A stretch of 64,000 bases of DNA from an uncultured delta proteobacterium (GCA_963698465.1 CAVOQY010000013.1:486687-550686); one strand, 5' to 3'; shown: positions 8,561 through 19,995, counted from the first letter of the stretch. Translations and numbers: made by a program. Notes: a model not told the origin generated them from the sequence alone.

Positions 8561-10139
8561 TTGAAAACGCTTTCTTGGAAAACGCTGGCCACCGTCGTGG
8601 TGATGGCTGTCGCCGTCGTCTATATGCTCCCCAGTCTCAAACCCGGTTTGTGGCCGAAAAAGCGCATCAATTTAGGGCTCGACCTCCAGGGCGGCATGCA
8701 CCTGGTGCTGGAAGTGGATGCCCAAAAAGCCGTCGAGAGCACGATGGAAAGAATCCTCCAGGAGCTTCGGGAGCTTCTGAGGAAAGAGGGCATCCGCCAA
8801 GTTTTCATCGAACGGGTGGAAAGCGACAAGGTCACCGCCCGCATCGAGGACAAGGAAAGCATCGCGGGCTTTGAAAAGCTCTTGGACAAGGAATTCAGGG
8901 AGCTTCGCATCCTGGAAAAGACGACCCAGGAAACCGCCCTTTTCGTGAAAATGGATCTGCCGGATGACGAAAAGGAAAATATCCGGAAGCTGGCCGTGGG
9001 ACAGGCGCTGGAGACCATCCGAAACCGCATCGACCAATTCGGTGTCAACGAACCCGATATCCGCCGCCAGGGCGAAACACGGATCCTCATCCAGCTGCCG
9101 GGAATCAAAGACACCCAGCGCGCCAAGGACCTCATCGGAAAAACCGCCCTTTTGGAATTCAAGCTCCTCGATGAAACCTTTCCCGTCGAAGACGCCCTCA
9201 AGGGCTCCCTGCCGCCCGGAACCGAGATCCTGTACCAAACCCAGACAGACCCCAAGACCCAGCGCACGACCAAGACCCCCTATTTGATCAAGAAGCGATC
9301 CCTGCTGACCGGCGCCTATCTCACCGAGGCCCGGGTGGAAATCGACTCCCAGTACAGCGAACCCTATGTCTCCCTCTCCTTCGACAAGAAGGGAGCCCGG
9401 ATCTTTGAGCGGATCACCGAGGAAAACGTCAAGAGGCGCCTGGCCATCGTCCTGGACGACCACGTCTACAGCGCCCCGGTGATCCAGGAAAAAATCGGCG
9501 GAGGCCAGGCCCGCATCACCGGAAACTTCACGCTGGAGGAAGCCCGCGATCTCGCCATCGTTCTGCGGGCCGGCGCCCTTCCCGCACCGGTAGAGATTAT
9601 CGAGGAACGGACCGTCGGACCCTCCCTGGGCACAGACTCCATCCGGAAGGGGATCTTTTCCATGGCCATCGGAGGGCTTTTTGTGGTCCTCTTCATGGCC
9701 GTCTACTACAAGGTGTCCGGCCTGATCGCCAATCTGGCCCTTGCTGGCGAACATTATGCTCATCGCCGCCGGGCTGGCCGGGTTCCAGGCCACCCTCACC
9801 CTGCCCGGAATCGCCGGGATCATTTTGACCATCGGCATGGCGGTGGACGCCAACGTGCTCATTTTCGAGCGCATCCGGGAAGAGCTTGGTCTCGGTAAAA
9901 GCGCCCGGGCTTCAGTGGAGGCCGGGTACGATCGGGCCACCCTGACCATCCTCGACGCCAACGTCACGACCCTCATCGCCGCCCTGGTGCTTTTCCAGTT
10001 CGGCACCGGGCCGGTCAAGGGGTTTGCGGTCACCTTGAGCCTCGGCGTCTGCGCCAGCCTGTTCACCGCCCTGATCCTGACCCGGACCATCTTCGACTTT
10101 CTTCTCGTCAACCGGAAACTGAAGCGGGTCAGCATATAG
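8561..10139 (+). CDS. secD: protein translocase subunit SecD, apparent +1 frameshift at ~9738-9740
   Basis: [18 protein letters not shown] and VGPSLG in ORF 8561-9898. [19 protein letters not shown] and [10 protein letters not shown] continue in ORF 9741-10139. Removing one C from GGCCCTTG joins the frames. Confidence 0.93.
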
Positions 10140-10203
10140 ACGGTTCACCGCCTTAGACAACGAAAATCGCCTCTATTTTTAAGGCGTTCAAAGGACATAG
10201 AAG

Positions 10204-11244
10204 ATGCAATTCATCAAGCCCGACATCAACATCGACTTCATCGGCAAGAAAAAGATCGCCTTCCTGTTTTCTGCGGCGATGATCCTTGTCAGCATCTCTT
10301 CTTTGGTGGTGCACGGGGGACCGAAGTACGGCATCGATTTCGCGGGGGGCACCGTCATCCAGGTCAAATTCCAGGAGCCGGTTACCATCGCGGAAACCAA
10401 GGCCGGCCTTCGCAACCTCGGCCTCGAAGGCACCACAGTTCAATCCTTCGGCGAACCGGAAGACCATGAATACCTGATCCGGATCGACAAGGCCGTTATC
10501 GCATCGGAAGGCTTTTCCGGGGAAATTCAAAAGGCCCTTACTAACACCACGGGCAAAGCAACGGAAATCCGTCGCGTGGAAATGGTCGGGCCCCAGGTGG
10601 GGAAGGACCTCAGGGAGAAGGCGCTTTTCGCCATTTTCTACTCTCTGCTTTTCATCGCTATCTACATCTCGGGCCGGTTCGAATTCAAGTGGATCTTAAG
10701 TGGGGTCATGGCAGGCGCCCTGATCGCTGCTGTTTATCTCCTCAATCTGCTGGCGATGAGCATTCCGATCCTGATCTTGGCCGCCATGCTCGTGACCCTG
10801 GCGCTTTTCTGGATCTTGAATCTGAAATACGCCATGGGCGCCATTGTTGCCCTGGTCCACGATGTCATGATCACCGTGGGATTCTTTTCCCTTTTTGACA
10901 AGGAGTTCTCTCTTCCCATCATCGCCGCCATCCTGACCATCATCGGGTACTCCCTCAACGACACCATCATCGTCTTCGACCGGATCCGGGAAAACATCCG
11001 CAAACACCCTAAAAAGCCCCTCGAATTCGTCATCAACAGAAGCGTCAATGAAACGTTGAGCCGTACCCTCCTCACGGCCCTGACGACCCTCATCGTCGTG
11101 GTGGCCCTGTTTGTCTTCGGGGGCGGCATCATCCACGATTTCGCCTTTGCCATGATCGTTGGCATCATCGTCGGAACTTACTCCTCCGTCTACATCGCAA
11201 GCCCGTTCCTGTTAACCTTTCAGGCGCGCCCCAAGAAGAGATGA
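10204..11244 (+). CDS. secF: protein translocase subunit SecF
   Basis: GIDFAGG, VGPQVG, GYSLNDTIIVFDRIREN, GTYSS. Confidence 0.96.
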   Translation: MQFIKPDINIDFIGKKKIAFLFSAAMILVSISSLVVHGGPKYGIDFAGGTVIQVKFQEPVTIAETKAGLRNLGLEGTTVQSFGEPEDHEYLIRIDKAVIASEGFSGEIQKALTNTTGKATEIRRVEMVGPQVGKDLREKALFAIFYSLLFIAIYISGRFEFKWILSGVMAGALIAAVYLLNLLAMSIPILILAAMLVTLALFWILNLKYAMGAIVALVHDVMITVGFFSLFDKEFSLPIIAAILTIIGYSLNDTIIVFDRIRENIRKHPKKPLEFVINRSVNETLSRTLLTALTTLIVVVALFVFGGGIIHDFAFAMIVGIIVGTYSSVYIASPFLLTFQARPKKR

Positions 11245-11247
11245 GGA

Positions 11248-12360
11248 ATGGAACGGCTCCTTCCCTGGCTGGCCCTGAAAGGCGTACCGGGACTCGGGGA
11301 CCTGCTGTGCAAGCGTCTGGTGGACCGCTTCGGGGCTCCGGAGCAGATTTTCCTGGCACACCGGGACGCCCTTCTGGAGGTGCCGGGGATGACACCGAAG
11401 CTGGTTTCCGCCCTTTCGATGAATCGAGTATCGGACCAATCCAGACGTGACCTCGATCTTGCGGCAAAGAAAAACTACCGGATCTTCACCCTCGCAGACG
11501 AAGAGTATCCGGCCCTGTTGCGCGAAATCCCCGACCCCCCGCTTTTGCTGTACTGCTGCGGCACGCTCGACGGTCGGGCAGGATGCATCTCGGTGGTGGG
11601 ATCCCGAAAACCCACCTCCTATGGGCTTTCGGCGACACGGTCGCTTTGCTCGGAACTGGCCTCTTGCGGCGTGACCATCGTGAGCGGCATGGCCAGGGGG
11701 ATCGATACCGCCGCCCACCAAGGCGCACTGTCCGGGGGCGGGAAAACAATCGCTGTTTTGGGATCGGGCCTGGAGCGGATCTACCCCCCGGAAAATCGCA
11801 GGCTCTTTCACGACATCGCACAAAACGGAGCCGTGATTTCGGAATTTCCCCTGGAAGAAAAACCGTTGCCCCACAACTTTCCCAAGAGAAACCGGATCAT
11901 CGCCGGCATGAGCCTGGGCACCGTGATCGTCGAAGCGGCGCATAAAAGCGGGTCCCTCATCACCGCCCGCCTCGCCGCGGAACAGGGCCGGGAGGTTTTC
12001 GCTGTCCCCGGAAGCATCCAGTCCCCAAAGAGCGCCGGTGCCCACACCCTGATCAAACAGGGAGCCAAACTCGTGGAACATGCCGGAGACATCCTGGAGG
12101 AAATCGGCCCCCTCATCGCCGCCGTTCCCCGGGAAGATGCAAAAGCGGCGGATAGCCCTCCCCCCGAGGCCTGTCCAACCCTGTCGCCGGACGCGTCTCA
12201 GATCCTTCAGGTCCTGGAACCCTACCCGACCCACATCGACGATCTGGTCCGCAAACTGTCCATGGATCCCGGGCAGCTGGCGGGGATTCTGTTGAGACTG
12301 GAAGTGGAGGGACGGGTTCAACAATTGCCCGGGAAATTCTTCATCCGGAAAAGTCCATAG
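11248..12360 (+). CDS. dprA: DNA-protecting protein DprA
   Basis: VVGSRK, VSGMARGIDTAAH, FPKRNRIIAG, SGSLITA, C-terminal winged helix. Confidence 0.95.
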   Translation: MERLLPWLALKGVPGLGDLLCKRLVDRFGAPEQIFLAHRDALLEVPGMTPKLVSALSMNRVSDQSRRDLDLAAKKNYRIFTLADEEYPALLREIPDPPLLLYCCGTLDGRAGCISVVGSRKPTSYGLSATRSLCSELASCGVTIVSGMARGIDTAAHQGALSGGGKTIAVLGSGLERIYPPENRRLFHDIAQNGAVISEFPLEEKPLPHNFPKRNRIIAGMSLGTVIVEAAHKSGSLITARLAAEQGREVFAVPGSIQSPKSAGAHTLIKQGAKLVEHAGDILEEIGPLIAAVPREDAKAADSPPPEACPTLSPDASQILQVLEPYPTHIDDLVRKLSMDPGQLAGILLRLEVEGRVQQLPGKFFIRKSP

Positions 12361-12391
12361 AAGAATCTTAAAATCGGAGGTATCGGAAGTT

Positions 12392-14684
12392 TTGAAAAAA
12401 AGCCTTGTCGTCGTCGAATCGCCCACGAAAGTCAGAACCCTGAAAAAATACCTCGGCAGCGCCTATGCGGTGGCCGCCACGGTCGGCCATATCAAGGATC
12501 TCCCCAAAAAGGAGATGGGCATCGATATCGAGAGCGGTTTCAAGCCCGTGTATCAGGTCATCCCAGGGAAAGAACGCGTGATTCGATCCCTCAAACAGGT
12601 GGCCGGCGACATCACCGATGTCTTTCTGGCACCCGACCCGGATCGCGAAGGGGAGGCCATCGCGTGGCATACGGCGGAGGTTCTAGGAAAAAAAGGAAGG
12701 CGCTTCCACAGGGTGTTGTTCCACGAGCTCACCGAAAACGCCATCCTGGGCGCGATCCGCACTCCCGAAACCTTGAACCCCCACAAGTTCGAAGCTCAGC
12801 AGGCCCGGAGAGTCCTCGACCGCCTCGTGGGGTATAACCTCTCGCCCCTGCTGTGGCGGAAGGTGAAACAGGGACTCAGCGCAGGCCGTGTGCAGTCCGT
12901 AGCCGTCCGGATCATCTGTGAAAGGGAACGGGCCATCCAGGCCTTCGTCCCCGAGGAGTATTGGTCCATCACCGCACACCTGGAGGGGGATGCCCCGTCG
13001 CCCTTCACGGCGAAGCTGGTGAAAAAAGCGGGTAAAAAGATCCCCATTCCGGATGAAGCGTCCTGCAAAAGGGTCCTCGAAGATCTGGCCGGCCGGCCGT
13101 TTACGGTCGAAGATGTCGTAAAGAAAACGGTCAGTCAGTCCCCGCTGCCGCCCTTCATCACCAGCAAGCTGCAGCAGGACGCCATCCGCAGGCTGCGCTT
13201 TTCCGCCAAAAAGACCATGACCGTAGCGCAGCAGCTCTACGAAGGGATCGAACTGGGCCCGGGAGAACCGTTGGGCCTCATCACCTACATGCGCACGGAT
13301 TCGGTCCGCATCAACAAGGAAGCGGCCGAAGAAGCCATCGCCCACATCCGGGAACGCTTCGGCGGCGATTTCGCCATGGAACAACCCCGTTTTTTCAAAA
13401 ACCGGAAAAAGGCCCAGGACGCCCACGAGGCCATCCGGCCCACCTCCGTGGTCAACACCCCGGACAAAATGGCTCCTTTTTTGGACAAGAACCAGCTCGC
13501 CCTTTATGAAATGATCTGGAAACGCTTCGTGGCCTCTCAGATGAAGCCCGCGCTTATCGACAAAGTGGCGGCATCCATCAGCGCAGGACCCTATCGATTC
13601 TCCGCCGGCGGCTCCACTGTCGCGTTTCCGGGTTTCATGGCCCTGTACCAATCCGTGGAAGACGAATTGAAAGCAAAGGAGGCAAAGGACAAGCTTCCGC
13701 CTCTTTCCAAGGGGATGCGGCTTGCGCTGGAGAAACTCGAGCAGAAACAGCATTTCACTCAGCCCCCGCCCCGTTTCTCCGAAGCGTCCCTCGTCAAAGA
13801 ACTGGAAGAGAACGGCATCGGGAGGCCCAGCACTTACGCCGCCATCCTCTCCACCATCCGAGAAAAAGGATATGTGGACCTGGTCAAGGGATACTTCCGA
13901 CCCAGCGAACTCGGTTTCATCGTCAACGACCTCGTCGTCGGAAGCTTTCCGGAACTGGTCAACGTGGAATTCACGGCGAAGATGGAGGACCATCTGGACC
14001 AAATCGAAGCGGCGGAAATGGATTACCTGAAAATGATCACGGATTTTTACGGCGATTTTCAGACGGCCTTCCAGAAAGCCGCCAGCGGGATGTTGAGCCT
14101 GAAAGGCGTCGGTCTGCCCACCGGCCTGGAATGCCCCTCCTGTCGAGAGGGGATTTTGCATATCAAAGTGGGCAAAAATGGGCACTTTTTGGCATGCAAT
14201 CGATATCCCGAATGCACCTTTTCGGCCAACTACACCCGTGACGAAAAAGGGGGCCTCCACATCAACGGCCAGGATCCTGGAGAACCCTCGGATGAAACCT
14301 GTGAAAAATGCGGCCGTCCCATGCGCATCAAGAAGGGGAAATACGGCCCTTTCCTGGCTTGCAGCGGGTATCCGGATTGCAAGAACGCAAGGTCCCTATG
14401 CGCCGGTCCGCCCTGAAACGGAAACCGGAGTCAAGTGTCCCGAAACGGGTTGCGAAGGCGACTTGGTCCAGAAGACGTCAAAGCGCGGAAAAAACTTTTA
14501 CGGGTGCAATCGCTACCCGAAATGTGCTTTTGCCATCTGGGAAAAGCCCGTGCCCAAACCCTGCCCGGACTGCGGCGCGAAGTTTTTGGTGGAAAAAAGC
14601 ACCAAACGCGAAGGATCCTTCCTCAGCTGCCGGACCGAGGGCTGCACCCACCGGGAAAAATTTTCCCTTGACACGGAGAGATAG
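12392..14684 (+). CDS. topA: DNA topoisomerase I, apparent +1 frameshift at ~14411-14413 before the last Zn-ribbon repeats
   Basis: VVVESPTK, PDPDREGEAIAWH, SAGRVQS, ITYMRTDS, GIGRPSTY and C4 zinc ribbons. ETGVKCP...FYGCNRYPKC continues in the +1 frame to 14684. Confidence 0.95.
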
Positions 14685-14696
14685 CGCTGCTACGAG
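14668..14696 (+). promoter_or_regulatory. promoter of the ilv-leu leader: TTGACA-N17-TACGAG with extended -10 TG
   Basis: TTGACA at 14668-14673, TG at 14688-14689, TACGAG at 14691-14696; overlaps the topA 3' end. Confidence 0.6.
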
Positions 14697-14731
14697 TGCT
14701 TCAGCATTACTTTTTCGTTAAGGAATTCTTT

Positions 14732-14830
14732 GTGGATTTGCGAGTTACCATTATCAACCTTATCGCTATTCTCCTCCTTCCGGTAATCCTCGTCGGCAGC
14801 CGGAAGGAAAAGGGGTTGGTAATGGCCTGA
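14732..14830 (+). CDS. ilv/leu operon attenuator leader peptide [32 protein letters not shown] (32 aa)
   Basis: GTG start with AAGGA SD about 7 nt upstream. 16 of 32 residues are Ile/Leu/Val. Lies directly upstream of a terminator and ilvD. Confidence 0.85.
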   Translation: MDLRVTIINLIAILLLPVILVGSRKEKGLVMA

Positions 14831-14851
14831 CATTAAATCAGAAACAGTTTG

Positions 14852-14891
14852 AATCCGTTATCAGCCCCAAGCTGGTAACGGATTTTTTTTT
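14852..14891 (+). terminator. attenuator intrinsic terminator
   Basis: 14-bp stem 14852-14865/14871-14884 (one G-U pair), loop CCCAA, T run 14883-14891. Confidence 0.9.
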
Positions 14892-14916
14892 GAAAAAACC
14901 CAAGGAGAAACCGACC

Positions 14917-16581
14917 ATGAAAAGCGACCGGGTCAAAAAGGGGATCGAACGTGCCCCCCACCGCAGCCTCTTCAAAGCCATGGGATATACACCCGAGGAG
15001 ATGAAACGCCCCCTGGTGGGTATTGCCAACTCCTTCAACACGCTCATCCCCGGCCATATCCATCTTGATAAGGTGGTGGAGGCCGTGAAGGCCGGTATCT
15101 ACATGGCGGGCGGCACCCCCGTGGAGTTCGGCACCATCGGCGTCTGCGACGGCATTGCCATGAACCATGTGGGCATGCACTATTCCCTGGCCAGCCGGGA
15201 GCTCATCGCCGACAGCATCGAGGTGATGGCCGTTGCCCATGCCTTGGATGCGCTGGTGCTGGTTCCCAACTGCGACAAGATCGTCCCCGGGATGCTCATG
15301 GCCGCCGCCCGCCTCGACCTCCCGGCCATCGTCGTGAGCGGAGGTCCCATGCTGGCCGGAATCCATCCGGAAACCGGCGAGAAGATCAGCCTGGTCACCG
15401 TCTTCGAATCGGTGGGTGCCGTAAGGGCCGGAACGATCCCCGAGACCCAGCTCGAGGACTTGGAAGACGCCGCATGCCCCACCTGCGGTTCGTGTGCCGG
15501 CATGTTCACGGCCAACTCCATGAATTGCCTGACGGAGGCCGTCGGCATGGCTCTTCCCGGAAACGGAACCATTCCAGCGGTCATGGCCTCCCGGATCCGC
15601 CTGGCCAAAGCCTCCGGCATGCGCATCGTCCATCTGATCCAGGAAGGAATCCGTCCCAAAGACATCTTGACGGAAAACGCCTTTAAAAACGCCCTCGCCG
15701 TAGATATGGCTCTGGGGTGCTCCACCAACACGGTGCTCCATCTCATGGCCATCGCCCACGAGGCCGGCGTGACCCTCGGCCTCAATGAGATCAACACCAT
15801 CAGCGGAAAAACTCCGCACCTGTGCTCCATGAGCCCCGCCGGAAAACACCACCTGGAGGACCTGGACCGGGCCGGTGGGATCCCTGCCGTCATGAAAACG
15901 CTCATGGCGCTCAATGGAATTGATCCGGGCGCACTCACGGTCACGGGAAAGCCTGTGGGCGAAAACCTGGCTTCGGCCCGGGTTCGGGACCCGGAGGTCA
16001 TCCGGCCCCACACCCGCCCCTATCACCCGAAAGGCGGCCTTGCCGTCCTGTTTGGAAACCTCGCCCCCGGGGGCTGCGTGGTCAAGCAGTCCGCCGTCTG
16101 CGAAACCATGCTCGTGCATGAGGGCCCCGCCCGGGTTTTCGACTCCGAAGAAGAAGCCACCCGGGCCATCATGAGCGGGAAAATCAAAAAAAAGGACGTC
16201 GTGGTCATCCGATACGAAGGCCCCGTGGGCGGCCCCGGAATGCGGGAGATGCTGACGCCCACGTCAGCCATCGCCGGGATGAAGCTGGACGCCCACGTGG
16301 CGCTTCTCACGGATGGCCGTTTCTCGGGCGCCACTCGCGGGGCGGCCGTCGGGCACATTTCACCCGAAGCCATGCAAGGGGGCCCCATCGCCGGGGTGGA
16401 AGAAGGCGATCTTGTCCGCATCGACATTCCGGGAAAAAGGATCGACCTGAAGATATCGGAAGAAACGCTGCAACAGCGGCTTTCCCGCTGGAAACCTCCG
16501 AAGCCCAAAATCGAAAACGGGTATCTTTCCCGTTATGCAAAAACGGTTTCATCGGCCGGAGAAGGCGCCATCGTTCGGTGA
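14917..16581 (+). CDS. ilvD: dihydroxy-acid dehydratase
   Basis: [49 protein letters not shown]; AGGAG SD before ATG 14917. Confidence 0.97.
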   Translation: MKSDRVKKGIERAPHRSLFKAMGYTPEEMKRPLVGIANSFNTLIPGHIHLDKVVEAVKAGIYMAGGTPVEFGTIGVCDGIAMNHVGMHYSLASRELIADSIEVMAVAHALDALVLVPNCDKIVPGMLMAAARLDLPAIVVSGGPMLAGIHPETGEKISLVTVFESVGAVRAGTIPETQLEDLEDAACPTCGSCAGMFTANSMNCLTEAVGMALPGNGTIPAVMASRIRLAKASGMRIVHLIQEGIRPKDILTENAFKNALAVDMALGCSTNTVLHLMAIAHEAGVTLGLNEINTISGKTPHLCSMSPAGKHHLEDLDRAGGIPAVMKTLMALNGIDPGALTVTGKPVGENLASARVRDPEVIRPHTRPYHPKGGLAVLFGNLAPGGCVVKQSAVCETMLVHEGPARVFDSEEEATRAIMSGKIKKKDVVVIRYEGPVGGPGMREMLTPTSAIAGMKLDAHVALLTDGRFSGATRGAAVGHISPEAMQGGPIAGVEEGDLVRIDIPGKRIDLKISEETLQQRLSRWKPPKPKIENGYLSRYAKTVSSAGEGAIVR

Positions 16582-16607
16582 CGGCCAATTTCAGAAAGGA
16601 AACCATC

Positions 16608-18299
16608 ATGAAGCTCACCGGAGCGCAAATTTTGATGCAGGTCCTCAAAGAGGAAAAAGTCGACACGATCTTCGGCTTTCCCGGGGGGACGGTCATCGAT
16701 ATCTACGATGAACTGATGAACACGGATATCCGGCACATCCTCGTACGTCACGAACAGGGGGCCGTACATGCCGCCGACGGTTATGCGAGGGCCTCTGGAA
16801 AAGTCGGGGTCTGCCTGGTCACCTCCGGGCCCGGAGCCACCAACACGGTCACCGGCGTGGCGACGGCCTATATGGACTCCATTCCACTGGTGGTGCTGAC
16901 CGGGCAGGTTCCCACCCACCTGATCGGCAACGACGCCTTTCAGGAGGTGGATATCGTCGGCATCACCCGTCCCTGCACCAAACACAACTACCTGGTCTCC
17001 AGGGTCGAGGACTTGGCGCAGATCCTCAAAGAGGCTTTCCTGATCGCCCGTTCGGGAAGACCCGGGCCGGTCTTGGTGGACATCCCTAAAAACGTCTCCG
17101 TTGCAAAGACCGCCTACGAACCGATCCCAAAAATAAGGATCAAATCTTACAATCCCACCTACGAACCCAACCCGAAACAGCTTCAAAAAGTCGTCAAGCT
17201 GATCGAGGAAGCCAAACGGCCCATGATCTTCGCCGGAGGGGGCGTGATTCTTTCCAAGGCCTCGGGAGAACTGACGGCCTTCGCCCGAAAAACCCGCATC
17301 CCCGTGACCATGTCCCTGATGGGGCTGGGCGCCTTTCCCGGAAACGACCCGTTGAGCCTTGGGATGATCGGGATGCACGGGACCTACCGGGCCAACATGT
17401 GCACCTCGGCCTGCGACCTTTTGATCGGAATCGGGGTCCGCTTCGACGACCGGGTCACGGGCAAGACCGACTGCTTCGCCTCCCAGGCGCGCATCGTCCA
17501 TATTGACATCGACCCCACCAGCATTCGTAAAAATGTGACGGTGGCGGTTCCGGTGGTGGGGGACTGCAGGATCAGCCTGCAGCGCCTCAACCACCTCATC
17601 GACGAAAAACCGCTCAAAGGCCTTGGCGCCAAGCGCCGGGACTGGCTCGCGCAGATCGACGAGTGGCGAAAAGCCCACAAGCTCGCCTATCGGCAGGATC
17701 CCGAGGGGGCCATCAAGCCCCAGTTCGTCATCGACCACCTGTTCCGGCTCACCAACGGCAAGGCCATCATCACCACGGAGGTGGGGCAAAACCAGATGTG
17801 GACGGCCCAGTACTATCATTTCGAAAAACCGGGGCATTTTCTCTCCTCGGGCGGCCTCGGGACCATGGGTTTCGGCCTTCCTGCGGCCATCGGGGCCCAG
17901 GCTGCGTTCCCGGACACGCTGGTGGTGGATGTGGCCGGAGACGGCAGCATTCAGATGAACATCCAGGAAATGGCCACCGCGGTGGAGCACGAACTGCCGG
18001 TGAAGGTGGTCATCCTCAACAACGGCTGCCTGGGGATGGTGCGGCAGTGGCAGCAGCTTTTTTACGGGAAACGCTATGCCGCCACCTGCATGAACTGCGC
18101 GCCGGATTTTGTTCTCTTGGCGCAGGCCTACGGGGCGACAGGCCTGCGGGCCCAGCGGCCTTCCGAAGTGGAGCCGGTTTTGCGTCAGGGGCTTGAAACT
18201 CCCGGTCCGGTGATCATGGATTTCCGTGTCGAAAGGGAAGAGTGCGTTTATCCGATGGTGCCCGCCGGCGCCCCCATCACCGAAATGCTTCTGGCTTGA
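16608..18299 (+). CDS. ilvB: acetolactate synthase large subunit
   Basis: RHEQGA, TSGPGATN, TPP-binding GDGS...NN, GMVRQWQ. Confidence 0.96.
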   Translation: MKLTGAQILMQVLKEEKVDTIFGFPGGTVIDIYDELMNTDIRHILVRHEQGAVHAADGYARASGKVGVCLVTSGPGATNTVTGVATAYMDSIPLVVLTGQVPTHLIGNDAFQEVDIVGITRPCTKHNYLVSRVEDLAQILKEAFLIARSGRPGPVLVDIPKNVSVAKTAYEPIPKIRIKSYNPTYEPNPKQLQKVVKLIEEAKRPMIFAGGGVILSKASGELTAFARKTRIPVTMSLMGLGAFPGNDPLSLGMIGMHGTYRANMCTSACDLLIGIGVRFDDRVTGKTDCFASQARIVHIDIDPTSIRKNVTVAVPVVGDCRISLQRLNHLIDEKPLKGLGAKRRDWLAQIDEWRKAHKLAYRQDPEGAIKPQFVIDHLFRLTNGKAIITTEVGQNQMWTAQYYHFEKPGHFLSSGGLGTMGFGLPAAIGAQAAFPDTLVVDVAGDGSIQMNIQEMATAVEHELPVKVVILNNGCLGMVRQWQQLFYGKRYAATCMNCAPDFVLLAQAYGATGLRAQRPSEVEPVLRQGLETPGPVIMDFRVEREECVYPMVPAGAPITEMLLA

Positions 18300-18320
18300 G
18301 GCATGCGAGGATAACCCGTC

Positions 18321-18815
18321 ATGATGGAAAACGAAGACAAACACATTTTCACCATGCTTGTGGACAACAAGCCCGGCGTCCTTTCCCGGGTCGTCGGGCT
18401 TTTCAGCGGCAAAGGCTTCAACATCGACAGCTTGTGCGTTGCCGAAACCATCGACCCTGCGGTCTCCCGGATCACCATCGTCACCCGGGCCGACGCCCCT
18501 GTTTTGGAACAGATCGAAAAACAGCTGCGCAAACTCATCAATGTGATCAAGCTTCGGGACATGACCGGTTCCCGGGCGGTGAAGCGGGAAATGGCTTTGA
18601 TCTGCATCAAGGCCAAAAAGGAAAACCGGGACGAAATTTTGCGCTTGGTGGACATCTTCCGGTGCAAAATCGTGGACGTGGGTCCCAAGTACTACATCAT
18701 CGAGGCCACCGGAGACCGGGAAAAGATGGCGGCGCTCATCAGCCTGCTCAAACCGATGGGGATCAAAAAAATCGCCCGGACCGGAACCATCGCCTTGTAC
18801 CGAGAACCGGACTGA
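18321..18815 (+). CDS. ilvN: acetolactate synthase small subunit
   Basis: ACT domain NKPGVLSRV, QLRKLINVIK, ARTG. Confidence 0.95.
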   Translation: MMENEDKHIFTMLVDNKPGVLSRVVGLFSGKGFNIDSLCVAETIDPAVSRITIVTRADAPVLEQIEKQLRKLINVIKLRDMTGSRAVKREMALICIKAKKENRDEILRLVDIFRCKIVDVGPKYYIIEATGDREKMAALISLLKPMGIKKIARTGTIALYREPD

Positions 18816-18880
18816 TTGAAACAGAAAGGCCGACCGGAAGGGAAGCGTCGGCGCATGCTCTTTTGTGAAAGGAGAAACCC

Positions 18881-19942
18881 ATGGCAAAAATCGATTTCGG
18901 CGGAGTGCTGGAAGAAGTCACCACCGCAGAAGAGTTTTCGATGGAAAAGGCCCGGACGGTCCTGAAGGACGAAACCGTCGCCGTTCTCGGTTACGGCGTT
19001 CAAGGCCCGGGACAGGCCCTCAACCTGCGCGACAACGGGGTCCGGGTGGTGGTGGGGCAGCGGGAAGGAACCGCCTCCTGGGACAAGGCGGTCTCCGACG
19101 GTTTCGTTCCCGGAAAGACCCTTTTTCCTCTTGAAGACGCCGCCCGAAAAGGAACGGTCGTCCAGTACCTGCTCTCCGACGCAGGACAGATGGCCCTGTG
19201 GCCCAAGGTCAAGCCCTGCCTCACTCCGGGCAATGCCCTTTACTTCTCCCACGGCTTTTCCATCACCTACCGGGATCAGACCGGTGTGGTGCCTCCCCCG
19301 GATGTGGACGTCATCCTGGTGGCGCCCAAGGGCTCCGGCCGCACCGTGCGCACCAATTTCCTGGACGGGAGCGGAATCAACTCCAGCTACGCCGTTTTCC
19401 AGGACTTTACGGGCAGGGCCGAAGAACGGACGCTCGCCCTGGGGATCGCCATCGGTTCAGGGTACCTCTTCCCCACGACCTTTGAAAGGGAAGTCTACAG
19501 CGACCTGACCGGCGAGCGAGGCGTGCTGATGGGCTGCCTGGCCGGCGTCATGGAGGCCCAATACACCGTGTTGAGAAAGAATGGACATAGCCCCAGCGAG
19601 GCGTTCAACGAAACCGTGGAAGAGCTCACCCAGAGCCTGATCCGCCTGGTCGCGGAAAACGGCATGGACTGGATGTTCGCCAACACCAGCACTACCGCCC
19701 AGCGGGGAGCGCTCGACTGGTCCCCGCGCTTTAGAGATGCCGTGCTGCCGCTTTTCGAAACCCTTTATAAAAGTGTGATCGCCGGGAAAGAAACCCGCCG
19801 GGTCCTGGAAGCCAACAGCCACCCCGACTACCGGAAACACCTGGACAAGGAACTGGAAGCAATCCGAAAATCAGAGATGTGGAAGGCCGGAACCGCCGTA
19901 AGGGCCCTGAGGCCCGAAAACCGAAGTGTCCGGGGAAAATAA
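18881..19942 (+). CDS. ilvC: ketol-acid reductoisomerase (Bacteroidota/fungal Ilv5-like type)
   Basis: GYGVQGPGQALNLRDNG, VAPKG, SDLTGERG, AFNETVEE, STTAQRGA. Confidence 0.95.
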   Translation: MAKIDFGGVLEEVTTAEEFSMEKARTVLKDETVAVLGYGVQGPGQALNLRDNGVRVVVGQREGTASWDKAVSDGFVPGKTLFPLEDAARKGTVVQYLLSDAGQMALWPKVKPCLTPGNALYFSHGFSITYRDQTGVVPPPDVDVILVAPKGSGRTVRTNFLDGSGINSSYAVFQDFTGRAEERTLALGIAIGSGYLFPTTFEREVYSDLTGERGVLMGCLAGVMEAQYTVLRKNGHSPSEAFNETVEELTQSLIRLVAENGMDWMFANTSTTAQRGALDWSPRFRDAVLPLFETLYKSVIAGKETRRVLEANSHPDYRKHLDKELEAIRKSEMWKAGTAVRALRPENRSVRGK

Positions 19943-19995
19943 AGCGCCTTGGACCGGACGCCTGTTTGAAGCCCCGGCATCAGGAGAAACCGACC

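Noticed and set aside
9730-9745. Programmed frameshifting in secD
   Set aside because: No slippery heptamer or obvious stimulatory structure. A single extra C in a short run explains it.
14414-14416. TGA in topA as possible selenocysteine or read-through
   Set aside because: Homology continues in the +1 frame, not in-frame after the TGA.
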